A DNA stretch of 63,885 nucleotides, filler included, from Bipalium vagum (GCA_037834085.1; 3 parts of 3 records of this genome joined end to end with filler, not necessarily neighbours in it); one strand, 5' to 3'. Shown: positions 26,766 to 38,829, counted from the first letter of the whole stretch. Numbers and translations: made by a program. The notes: a model not told the origin generated them from the letters alone.

Positions 26766-27626
26766 TCATTGGCCAGTTAAGCGTTCTGGTGTAGCTGTAT
26801 CAGTGGTGACAGTGGATGTCTGAAGGTGGTCTTGAGGGCAAAGAAAAGAAGTGTCTGACGAGAAGGCATGATCGTCGTCTCCATTGACACCACCAGCGGT
26901 ATCATCGGAAACTGTACCAACTTCGTTACCAAGAGTAACAGTTGAACTATCAACAACCTCATCCCTCTTATCAACTTCTGTAACTTCACCGATAACAACA
27001 TTATCATCACTCTTACAAATGGTAACATCCCCCTTAACAACAGTATCATCACTCTTAGCCACGGTAACACCATCTTTAGGAGCGGATTCAATATCATTGA
27101 CTTTGTTCCTATCGATATTTGACAACGAAGACTCAAAAAGGATGGCACACTCCGACTGGTGCTGAAGAAACCGCGACTCTGCCGATTCCCCGGCCACCAG
27201 AGTCTGACACTTGTTGCACACGAAAGCCAACCTCGTTGATTCGTTGAGCTTTTCATATGGGTCAATGACACTGCTGACAGCACTGATCGCAGTCTCGTTC
27301 AACTTATCACCATTGGTCGACCCTAATAATACTTCTGATGACGATGACGATGTTGCCATAGTCGCTGTTGTAGTAATAGTCGTTGCCAAAAGTGACCGTT
27401 TCGATGAGCAATTCTTTCCCATTACTTTCCGATGATGATTGAAACACATTGTGCTGGAGAATTTGGTTCCGCACTCTTCGCAGATGGGGGCCTGCTTTTC
27501 CAAATGGACAATGTGATAATGGTCCTTCAAATACGATTTGCCGTCGCGACCGAAAAACAGGCGACAACATTTGGGACAGGCGAATTGGGCCGGTTTGCTC
27601 TTTTCGTTGATTTCACGCTCGTGTTC
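26766..27626 (-). CDS. Multi-zinc-finger protein, last coding exon (286 aa)
   Basis: Acceptor tctttcAG at 27627-27628. The phase-0 join gives CLICQEVLDNEFELEIHTI|EH, completing a C2H2 finger. Further fingers: CPKC..HYHIVH, CEEC..H, CNKC..HQSEC. Stop at 26766-26768. Confidence 0.88.
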   Translation of the reverse strand, partial: EHEREINEKSKPAQFACPKCCRLFFGRDGKSYLKDHYHIVHLEKQAPICEECGTKFSSTMCFNHHRKVMGKNCSSKRSLLATTITTTATMATSSSSSEVLLGSTNGDKLNETAISAVSSVIDPYEKLNESTRLAFVCNKCQTLVAGESAESRFLQHQSECAILFESSLSNIDRNKVNDIESAPKDGVTVAKSDDTVVKGDVTICKSDDNVVIGEVTEVDKRDEVVDSSTVTLGNEVGTVSDDTAGGVNGDDDHAFSSDTSFLCPQDHLQTSTVTTDTATPERLTGQ

Positions 27627-27810
27627 CTGAAAGAGAACGATCAAAGACGGTGTTTATTATTTTATTATTAATCCATGATAATTATCATTGATTTGTGATA
27701 AGCATTATTATTATTAATTATAAATATCATTATAATTACTATTAGTAAATATCATAAAAAACAAAACTTTAAAAATCAATAACAATATTCCGTAAAGGTA
27801 AACCGCTTAC

Positions 27811-30800
27811 AATGGTATGGATTTCCAATTCGAACTCATTGTCCAGCACCTCTTGACAAATCAGACAACACTGGGGCGAAAAGCTGGGATCGGCCTCTGA
27901 CAATTTAACAACGAATTCATCGGGAACCAGCATCGACGATGACGGCTGCAGCGAGCCGTTCTCCGTTCCAGTTCCGCCTGTCGATCTGTCCATCATCGTG
28001 TCGTTCTTGTGTCCACTGGTAATGTGATGATTCAATCCCGATCGACTGGTGAACTGCAGCGGACAAAACGTACACTGGAATGAAAAACAATTGATCATGG
28101 ATCCACTGTTACCGTTCCGATGGGCGTCGACTCCGGTATCCCCTGCCACAGTTGTCGCCATTGGACCGAAAACAGCAAAGGAAACGTTGTCGCTATGGTA
28201 TTTTTGGGCATGCTTTCTCAACAAAATATGAGTCGTGAAGCTCAACTGGCAGCAGTGGCATGAGAACAGCTTCAGGCCTTTGTGAACGGTCGTCGTATGG
28301 TTGTCACGTGCACGAAGCGATTTAAATGTCATCTGACACACGTCACAAGGAACGAATCGATTGTTTTGTTCGAGCGATTTGTGCTTTTTTTCACTACCAG
28401 GTGTTGATGATTGTCGGTTGATAGTGGTTAACGTGACCGGAGACAATGATTGGATTGAAGTGGATAACGGTGATTTATTGTTGTTGCTGCCCCCAGTGTT
28501 CCTAGTGCTTTCGTTATCGATTCTCATGTACTTTGTCACTTCTGGTTCGATTCCTCCTAATGCTGCCGTTCCGCTCAGCTTCCGCTTTTCTGCCTTCCGC
28601 ATTCTGGACGGCGATGACAGTTTAGGTTCCAGTTGGATTATTGATTTCAAATATTCCCGTGTTCCATCGTGCTCCGATGACGCATCTTGTTCGGCCAGCA
28701 GTTTCCGAATCAAATCTGTTCTATCGATTCGAGAATCGATACGACACCGTTCATTGATTTCTGCCAATTGTCGATCTAGTGCCATCATTTGTTCCCGTTT
28801 CTGTTCCGATCGATATTTTTTCAACTGACGAATCTTTCTCATTCGGTCCATAAACGATATTCCTCCTCCTCCACCACCACCGCCGCAGATAACGTTACCA
28901 TCGACATCAGGAACGCTGTTGTTAACCGTTGGAGCACGATCGACTGTTTTCAACTTTTTCCACGGCGACAATTGGGACTGAATCTGAACAGACTGCTTTT
29001 TCGGTCTTATCGATCCTGTCGTTGTCGTTACTGATGACATTATAGATTTGTTGTTGTTATTATTATTAATTTTCGATTCTTTGATAATATCGTTAAGATC
29101 GACAAGTTGCGACAATTCCATCAGGATCGGTGGTCTGTCCTTTCCTTCATGATCGCCCAACAGAATCGCTTTCTCGCTTCGTCGAACGTATTTCCGTTTT
29201 GCTTTTTTAACGACGGGTTCTGATTGTATGATCGACTGATTCCCGCTCTCATCGGCAATTTTTGTTGTTGTGGTGATGATAGGATTCTGTTGTGAGTGTT
29301 CCTTACCCTCATTTTTATCTACATCATTCTCCGGTCGTTGCTGTTGGAGCAGTTCCAGCTTCATTCTTTTCGACATTCTTTTCTTGCGAGGTTTTTTAAT
29401 CAATGTATCCGTTGTCAATGATGATGGCGACGGTTCAGACAAGCAACTAGGCAAAATTCCCGACTGTGTGCAATCTTTGCCATATCTGTCTACTATTTCG
29501 GTGAAATTCGATTCATTGCTTACAATACGAGAAGAATCTTCTAAAACGATCGGTTGGTTGATTTTCTCTGATGGATTGATTATAGATTCGATAATGGAAT
29601 CGATATCCGTTTCCAATTTGTTATTATTACTGCTCGTATTGATTACTGGTGATGCATCCTTATTATCGATTTTCAATCTATCATCGTTGACAACGGTTTC
29701 ACTTTTCGTTTCTATCTCGGTTTCGACTAGCCGCCTGTCATCACTTTGGTGTTCCGTTCCATCGATCTCCTGGACCGCATTGGTGTCGATTGATTTATTT
29801 GAAAATGATTTTTCACTTGTTCCCTGCTTTTCCTCTTTTTCTTCTTCCTCTTGGTTTTCCTGTTTTGGTTTGGAATCGACATCTGTACAATCGCACTCCT
29901 CGGTTGTTTCCACTAATTTTTCCTCAACCATTTCAATTGGTTTCAGTTCTTCATCAATTTTTAAATCGATAATTTCAAAATTGCACTCTTGTTCGTTTTC
30001 CTCTTTGGTAGCACTACTGGCACAGTTCTCAATATTGAACAATTTGATTTCCAATTCTTTCATTTTATCAATCGATTTTTGAGCTCCATCTTCGACACTG
30101 TTTTGTAAATCGTTATCGATTACTTCAGTCGTCGAAGACAGTGGTGCCGCAGTGGAAACGATTCCACCATTTGATAAATTACTGCCCATTCGTCTTAACG
30201 AATAACTTTTCCGTCTCGTGATGCGATCGTTTTTCTTGGTGCTGTCACCAGTGAGGCAGAATTGATTTCTCGATCGTTTAACTGGAGAATAAAAGTGTTC
30301 CGGCTTTTGTGCTTCATTTTCTGGCAATTCATCGACTTCAAGGATCGTTACTTCCTCCGCTGGAGCGGAAAGCGAAGATGTTGCTTGGAGCGACAATTCG
30401 ATTTGATCGGGAACCGTCGTCATGGCAACATGAGGATTATAAGAGAGATCTTGTAATACCACAGAAACGTTCAGAAATCTATTGCAATCTGATTGACAAT
30501 AATGTTTCGTCAACAGAGTATTGGAAGAGAACGGATTGGCGGAACAGAAGCAGCACTGGAACTGATACGGTTCTCCCTCTTGGAATTGGTTCTGTTGTCC
30601 AGTCGGGACATAGTCGGAGGAGGTTGAAGATGATGATGAAGAAAATGAGGATTCCATAAAGGCTAGAAATGGGTCCCAATTTATCAAATGGTGAATGAGC
30701 ACGTGGTGATACAAAGTGGACAGTCGATTGTATCGATCGCTACAAATATAACAATGAAAATGGGTCTGGTTGTCGTGTTCTTGAGCAGCGTGCAAGTCTA

Positions 30801-32982
30801 GCTTGGTGATGGTACCAAATCGATACAGAGATGGGTTGCATGGACAGCAAATCATTTGCTGTTTTGTTCCTCTTGCTACAGTAATGGTAGGTTGATAGTC
30901 ACACAGACTTATGTGCTGGATCAAATCGTCAGTCTTAGCAAAATTCGATTTGCATTGGGGACATGTCCAATTTGGAGAGCGCAACCGTGCTGGGGACCGC
31001 AGCGGTTGTTTTCGTTTTACAGGCCCTGAACAGCTATGAACAGATGATCTGACATCATTTTTATAGTCCACGGTTTCTATGTAACCTTCGGACATGCGTT
31101 TGTAGTCGACTTTAAATCGTTCACCAGATTTCAGCCGAGTAAAACGCGTTCTGTCTTCAATTGGTGTTGTCATGCGTTGATTATCTCTCGGTTCACGACC
31201 GGAACCATGACCTGGCTCCATTCCCATAACACGACAGGCTTCATTGTGATAGGAACATTCTTCATGTTGATACAGCTTTTTGCGGAATTGTAAATATGTT
31301 GTTCGTGGATGAATTTTCTCTTCTCCCGTCACAAAGGGGTTGCCAGGCAATGGTAACGATGACGTTTTTTGTGTGCTTTTATTGCTCGCTGACACACAAA
31401 TTCGACATGCATACGTTGTTCCGTCATTGGTCAAATAGAACCAATTGTAATGGGACCGAACGTAATTGAATTGACTCTTGGTCAGGAACAGCGACACGGA
31501 CCGAAACAGTTCGCTATCTGACGGGTAACGATCGTTACTAACTATTGAGCAGTCGAAAGCTTCGATATTGACTTTCTTTGATTTACCTTGAGAATGATTC
31601 GAAACCAATGGCAGTTTCGCTTGTCGTGACGACGAGGAGCAGGAACTGGAACCGGAATGTGGAGCCATATTTGATAATTTCATCGGAGCCGACTTCCGAC
31701 TCATTCGACCGGTTCTCAACATTGGGAAATTATTTTGGGATCTTCTTCCCACTTTACGAGGACTGGTTCCAATTTTCGTAGTCGTTTTTGTTGTCAATGA
31801 CGATATATAATTGGTTGCTATTTCGTGATTTCTCGTACTCTCGTGATAAATCAAACGAGACTTGGATTTCAACTTATCAAGAGTGAGAAGAGAGTTAGGA
31901 TCAATGCTCGCAACTGTATCCAAGAAAGGAGGACATGTCCAATTAGTTGAGATCATTGATTTGTTGTGGTGAGTTTTGTATGTCTGTTCGCAGAAGTTAC
32001 AACGAATGACAGTACTCCCATCATCAACAAAGACCCATGGGAACTGTTTCCGACACTCTGTCCATAGATCATCCTTGTCAACGACTGTCACCTTGGAAAC
32101 TGGACTCGTTTTGTCAATCGCAGACAATCTGCTAGCCGTTCTGGTTGTCACGTTCGGAGATAAATACATCACTGACTTTCTCCTCGGTGACGAAGTTGTC
32201 TTGGTGAGGATTTCGTCTTTTTTTGAATTTTTAACGGACTCTGTAGATCTGGAAGACCGCAGGTTCGGGCCCGATACACGGTGAATGATTTCGAAAGCTT
32301 TCCGGTGGTTCTGAGACTGCTCGTGCTTCTCGAATTGAGCAACGCTCGGCACTGTTTTCGCAATCGATTGTCTCACTCGATCGGGTGTAGTCCATTGATT
32401 GCAGATTAACGATTTTGAGTCCCGATTGAAAGCGTCCTCACAGACTGAGCATCGAAACGAACCGGCTTTGAAAGACAACCATGGAAACTTTGTTGTCATG
32501 GAATCCCAAAGAGGCTTATCCAAGGAGTCCGGACAGTCTTCCGAGGATGTTTTCTTATTTTCTTTCTGGGATTTGTTGGTTTTATTGATTGTCTCTGTGT
32601 CATTGTTGTTGTTTGTGACGAATTTGGTGGCCAAAATGTGATTTTGTGATTCCGAATGATTGCTGAGTATTTGAGCTTCGTCCCAAGTCGATTCGGTGAT
32701 GACCAATTGAGTTTCGGAACTTGTCCAACAAGTTTTTACCATTTCATCGATTTCTTTAAAAGCTTGTTCACAAAATGTACAGTTAGGATTGTTATTGAGC
32801 AAATATAACCAAGGATATTTTCCACTGAAATCTATCCATTTCGTGAGTTTCTTGACAATTTGATTGTCTTTGTTTTTTGATTTATTCAACCTCAATTTTG
32901 CAATATCACTGAGGTTACTGTCAAAATTATAATTGATACATTCTTCCATTGACTTTTCGTTATTTGAAAAGCTGGAATTCAT
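27811..32982 (-). CDS. Multi-zinc-finger protein, 5.2-kb coding exon (1724 aa): 4 TTF-like zinc fingers plus C2H2/C2HC fingers; ~2010 aa in total
   Basis: Long open frame, more GC-rich than its flanks. Donor GTaagc at 27810-27809 opens a 184-nt AT-rich intron. Four N-terminal repeats of (Y/F)(P/N)W...CxxC...H(E/S)xxxxH; C2H2 fingers such as CYIC..HHVLIHH, CDVC..HTTTVH, CHCC..HAQKYH, CTFC..HITSGH; basic NLS-like stretches (KKPRKKR, KKAKRK). Confidence 0.92.
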
Positions 32983-34257
32983 TGTAATAATTGAGAAATA
33001 AAATGAGTTTGTTAAAAATGGTTATTATTTCTGAACAAAAGTCTAAAAGATAAATAGTAACCCTTATTAAACAATAATAAAAAGAATTAAATTTAATTAT
33101 TTATACGGAAATGTTAGACGATATTTGTCGTCCATACTTTATTTATTTTAAACATAAAATGTATTTAAATGTGAATATTAAAACATATGTGTATTTTAAT
33201 TTATTAATAGTAATTTTTAAGTTACATAAATATATTTATCTTATTTTAATACTTGTTTGGGTAACAACATTAATTAAGGTTATTCTTATTTCAAATATCT
33301 ATATAATCGAAAGAAATAAAAGGCTATTTTATAAATTCATATTGAAAGTTATTACTAAATATATTTCCATTTTTATTAAAATTAATAATAAAATTGTTGA
33401 CAACTGTTGACAAATTCTTAGACTTTGTTTCACTTTAAAAATATTCAAACAAGTAGGATATTTACTTATAAATCCAGAAAATTAAAGAAGAAATACTAAT
33501 ATTTAATTTTATCAGAATTTTATGTCAAACAAGTACAGATGTGAAATTGATAAGACTTTTCTATATTTCTTCAGACTTTAACAAAAACTCCAAATGACCT
33601 ACAGATGGATGGTGTTGAGTCAGTGACTCAAATTGGCTATAAAGGGGAGGTCATGAAAGTTATCTTTGGAGAGATTAGAATCACTATTAAATGTGCTCAG
33701 TCGACTGTGCTTGATGTGTTCTAAACCTGTCAGGGTTGGATGATAACTCTGTAAATATTTACATATATTTAATTAATAATTATACATATTAATATTTAGA
33801 AATTTATATTTAATAAATGATGTGAAAGACAAAGATTATTGTTATATTAATCTATTAAAAAAGCAATTCTTTCAAAAAACTGGAACTGGTTTAGGTTTTC
33901 AAACTTATTAACCAAAACGAACCAACGGATGCATTTTTTTGAAAAAAATATTTTGAATGATGATCTTTTGATGACTTAATTTTTAAAATATTAAATAAAT
34001 CAAAAGAGTAAAATAAGAGAAAGTCGAAGGCTTTTCAAAATATTTTTAAAAACTACACAAAATAATTATAAAATACAAACGAAGGTTCAATTGACTGTAT
34101 AAGTAATAAAAGCTTGCACTTTTCGTTAACATAAGTCAAAAAATATTTGGATCCGAAAAACTAATTAATTCTAATGTTCAAGCTTTATTGTTTTACACAT
34201 AAATCAGCGAATTTATGTTGATTGGTCATAGAAGTAAAAAGAAAATCAAAATCAAAA

Positions 34258-34294
34258 TAATAACAATAACAATAACAATAACAATAACAATAAC
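34258..34294. repeat. (AATAAC)n hexanucleotide microsatellite
   Basis: About 6 tandem AATAAC units. Confidence 0.85.
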
Positions 34295-34779
34295 GTAAGT
34301 AGAGATATAATTAATTAAAGTGTCAGATTATCTTTTCATGATTATTTCTTCCCGCGTCTCTTTTATTATTCATAGTGGTAGGTTGTAGATCTAGCTAGTT
34401 TGAGTTAATTCTAATATCGTAAGGCTGGAATTCGTTAATCTCTTTGTATGAAACGATTAAAGGTGCCTCCTTTTTGTATAAAATTTTCTGGTAACTTTCA
34501 CCAAAAGGGTCAAGTAAGTAATGTATAAACGGAAGCGTGTGAGAATTTTTAAAAATTATTTTAAAAAACCCTGTTTTCACTCCTATTTTGGCACTTTTGA
34601 CCCTAATTTTTCATCTTTTCTAGTTAAAACAGAGGTGTGAGAATTTTTATTTTTTCTAAATTAAAGAACCCCGTTGTGACCGATCATGTAAAATTTGTTT
34701 CTCATTTTATAAAAATTATAAAATTTTAAGAATTTAAAAAATTTGCAATGAAATAACCACGAGAACAACAGAAAAACGA

Positions 34780-35225
34780 ATAATAATCAAGCTGTACCAT
34801 TATGGTGTAGTTAATTGTCAATAATTAAAAACAAAAATTACTCATTATAATAAAAATAGTTGTAAGTGCTATAATAACTCAGAATAAAATATGACCTCAC
34901 AGTAATTGAAGGAAATGAGCTGCGAAATTATGCTTTACCCAACTTATGGTCCGATGTAGTCCTGACTGATTACCACTTATCTTTAGCATTACCAAGATCT
35001 ATTGATAGCAAAAAATTTCATGATGAGAATGAAATTAAAAAGAACCTCGATAAGTTTTCGAAATACAGCCGACAACGTTCTGGGAGAAAGATATTCAAAG
35101 TTTGCCAGAAAGATGGAAAAAAAGATAGAGAAAGAGGAAAATTACTTTTTTGATAGTCTTTTTTTTGTGTAATTATGATCAATAAATGTCTGTGTTATAA
35201 AGCCTAACAACGTATTACCCAACTT
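34780..35225 (+). mobile_element. mariner 3' remnant
   Basis: Decayed MLYPTYG.DV..TDYHL and FWEKDIQSLPERWKK motifs. Confidence 0.65.
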
Positions 35226-38200
35226 GATTTAAACTCTATAATTTTTTTATAAATATTCAGTAAAAAATAAATAAAACTATTCACATAAGAAAAAACGAAA
35301 CAAATTTCACAAGTACAAAATCTACTAAAAATTTTAATAATCGATTTTATAAATAAAATTAATTAAATCAATAAATAATTCAATTTCGATATTATTATGA
35401 ATTATCATTCATATTTTCTGGTAATAATCATAATACATGGAGTAACTCTGATATTAATACAAATGGCTCGCGAAATATTGATCAATGTTTTGTGGAACAA
35501 CTCACAGGTCCAGGACCACCAAAAACAATCTTTAATGTTTCATGAATTGAGATATCCGTCTATAATTTACCTCTGGAGAAATTTTACCATTTCAGACAGT
35601 CATAAACAAACAGAGAAACTTTTGCATATCATAAAATGTATTTTGGAAATACTTTACTTTATTATATTTAATATTTTCGTGTTTATTTTATTTTGGCAGA
35701 GAGAATTACTAATTTTCAGATTTGGGGATCTCTATCACCAATTTAACGTTGAGACAGAAGTCACATCCGGTGGAGATATCGACTCCTAAAATTTTATGTG
35801 AATTAAAATAAAATCAGTCCATTAGAATTATTTTATTTCTAATTCTCAAATAAAAACAATTTATAATGATTTTGATAAATTTCAACTTTAAAACTAATAA
35901 TAAACTTGTACGAGAACGGCTTGTAAAGTTTTGAAAGCGAAAATTTCTTCTTTAAGTTCATAGGGTGTTTTGGGAGTAATAAACCGACTTTGACTTTGAT
36001 TTCAAAATGAATTCGTTAATGGATTAATTCATATTTACCCAACTCTTAATAATATGGAAAAAAGGATATAAAAGCAGATCTCTTCTGTCATTCAAAAGCT
36101 ATTCAGTCGATTGGCCTTTAATATGTACATATAATCAGCTCTCGGAACGAGAGAGTAGAAGACAAAAAGGTAAAAGTCTGAATTTTACTGCTATTAATAA
36201 AAAGTTTTCTTTAACTTCAGTTTTTAAGCTTAGACAGATTTTAATAATATAAAATCCGGTAAATTTTTGAATAAGTCAATAGAAAATTAAAAAAAAACTA
36301 GTTAAAAAATATGGATACCTGATTAAATTATATTGATAAAATAGCAGATGAAATAATTCCGATGCAATTCATTAAAATAATAAATTAGATGTTTTTTATT
36401 GAAAATAAGTACATAAATTTCAATAAATTACAAAAAACTATAAAAATCATTCATTAAAGTATTGTTTATCAGTATTTAATTACTCTTCATCATTGCACAC
36501 TTTTATGATGTAATGCACTTTCTGAAAACCACTAATAAATTCTTTTAGTTTTGTTAACATCAAAAATAATTTTAGAGGTTAATTTGCATTTCATTTCATG
36601 AAAATTTTATTGGGTTAACAGCTAATTTAAGATACTTTTTTATTTATTAGTTTAAACTTGAAATATCGATAATTAAAATTAAAAAAAATGTATATAGTAA
36701 TTGAAAAATGAAAAATGAAAAATACATTTAAGCATTAAGAGCAGTAAACATTTAGAAAGTAAAATCATTTGTGATTCATGCAATATTAAAATGTCCGAAA
36801 TCAAAGTGAACCAGCAAAATGCCTGGAGATTCAATCCTTCCAAGGTATTAAAAGGCATATGGTATAATTTAATAAACCGTTATAATTTTTTTTAATCTTT
36901 CGGTTGAAATTCGATATCACAGCAGCTCTTTTGTCAAGGTTAATTTAAAATTTATTATGTTATACAAATTTTTTTAGAATTCAGACTTAGAGTTATTTTT
37001 TACAATGTCGACTCCAATTTTTGATTTTAATTTCAATTTCTTAAAAATGTCGACTTTAATTATTTAATCCTCACAATTGGTAAATATGGATTTGAAAAAT
37101 TATTTTTTATTTTATTTTCTACATACAGGTTTGCCAAACTTTGTGCTGGTTTTATGTAGGAAAATGTTGATTTTGGTCCTGAGAAAGGTCAATTGTTTCT
37201 CAAATTTTTTTTGCAGGGCAGTGAAATCAAAATCGTCATCGCTTCCAACACTGAAAATTGTGAATATGTGTTCAGGTTTTTTTTATTATTATTTTATAAA
37301 TTTATTTTCATTTTCATAAACTATTAATTTTCTTATTAATTAAAAAGAAATTATTTAACTTTTCCCTAAAACGTTTTATTTAATACATCAAAATGTTCAA
37401 TAAAATATTTTGATTACAATATAATGATAATATAATGTTCACAACAAAATGTTCGATAAAATTTCTCCACCACCATGATTGCAATTGTATTGATATTGTT
37501 ACTGGTTGCTGATTGATGCTTAACTTCTTCTACCTTCCTTTCTTATTTTCCGATGATTCCCACACTAAGAACTTTGTTGATCCAGAAACCGGAGTTCATA
37601 AATATCTTGTAGGAAGTAATTAAAATTTAAGAAGAAAAATCCAGAGAAATGGTAATTATTTAGATGAGTATATTGTCTAGCTTGTATTTAAAAGTTGATA
37701 TAGGGAAGAATCTCATAGAGAGTTTATAAAAATAGTTATGATTTTAAAATAACTTATTTTTTAATAAGTAACCATAATTTTAAAATTAAGTTAAATTAGA
37801 CTTTAAACTTTATTGCCGAACTCAATCAGGACAAGAGCACGACCTCTGTGGAAGATAAACCAATCCTGTATCTCTTATGTCTGACCAAACTCCTGTAGTT
37901 TCCTGACGATAACTATTCTCAAACAGTTCCAGTTTAACCTTTTAGTATATTCTTGGCACCTGGTAAATATTTCTAGTACTTATCAAAATGATTAATTATA
38001 TTTTATTATAAAATATTTAGTAGGCACTATTTTGTGTATTTTATCATTATTTTTTGCATCGTTAGACCGCCATATACTCTTCTTTGACATTATAAAACCT
38101 TAGAAACTGAACAAGTGATAACATCACGTAAGACTGACAATGTTTGACTATTAAAAGATTCATTAAAAATCCTTCAGAAATTCCAGTTCCAGCAATAAAT

Positions 38201-38532
38201 AACCTGTGGTTTTGTAATATTAAAATTAACTCATTCAAAATATGTTCTACTTGACATTTCAAAAGATCCGAATAAACCTTTAAATCATTAATTATACATA
38301 ATAATAAAGTGAAATTAACGGAAATAAATTTTTCATCTTTGATCTTAAAGTAGTTCTTATTTCACTTGATTTAAAATGTAGATATATCTTATCTGCCGTG
38401 TTCCAAAATTGCCAACAGAATAGTTTTACTTTGCTTTCAAGGTTTTGGAACAAAGTCGCAAGAAATCTTTGGTCCAAAGAGCCTTTATCGAGATTGAAAA
38501 CATATTTTACAGATAACAGTCGTCAGTGTGGT

Positions 38533-38556
38533 CCAAGGTCATCAATTTGATATAAA
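38533..38556 (+). promoter_or_regulatory. Candidate core promoter of the secreted-peptide gene: NR5A/ERR-type site CCAAGGTCA plus TATA box
   Basis: CCAAGGTCA at 38533-38541 and TATAAA at 38551-38556, about 45 nt before the ATG at 38602. Confidence 0.45.
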
Positions 38557-38601
38557 TGAAATAAATTGTAAAGTTTATATTATTATTATTATTATTTATA
38601 A

Positions 38602-38829
38602 ATGTCCAAGGTGATTTTATTGCTGTTGGTGGTGGTTCTTCTTTTTTCCTTTTTGTCTGCGAGTCATGATGGAAATTATGCTGCAAAACGAAGATTGGAC
38701 GGATACGGCTCAAAAAGGACCAAGAAGTCGTTTTACTTGACCGACTGGTCCCATGCTCGTTTGCACGGTCATTATGGTCCAGCAGGTCCGTATTACGGAG
38801 ACGAAGAGACAATTTCGGATCCATATTAA
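38602..38829 (+). CDS. Small secreted protein, putative neuropeptide/peptide-hormone precursor (75 aa)
   Basis: Signal peptide MSKVILLLLVVVLLFSFLSA; basic cleavage sites KRR, KR and KK; His/Gly/Tyr-rich C-terminal peptide. GC is elevated relative to the flanks, there is an upstream TATA box, and AATAAA occurs at 39208. Confidence 0.72.
   Translation: MSKVILLLLVVVLLFSFLSASHDGNYAAKRRLDGYGSKRTKKSFYLTDWSHARLHGHYGPAGPYYGDEETISDPY

Noticed and set aside
26777-32641. Many antisense or alternative-frame ORFs, including a 270-aa ORF at 29270-30082
   Set aside because: Shadows of the GC-richer zinc-finger CDS; Ser/Leu/Ile-rich with no recognisable domain.
33111-33410. 99-aa hydrophobic ORF and similar short Ile/Phe/Lys/Asn-rich ORFs across the window
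   Set aside because: Expected by chance in very AT-rich non-coding DNA.
35397-35789. 130-aa ORF
   Set aside because: No recognisable homology; includes AT-rich Phe/Ile-biased stretches; no convincing exon model.
37800-38470. Possible MULE/SWIM transposase remnant (CSCPD on the minus strand)
   Set aside because: Single short motif, insufficient to call.
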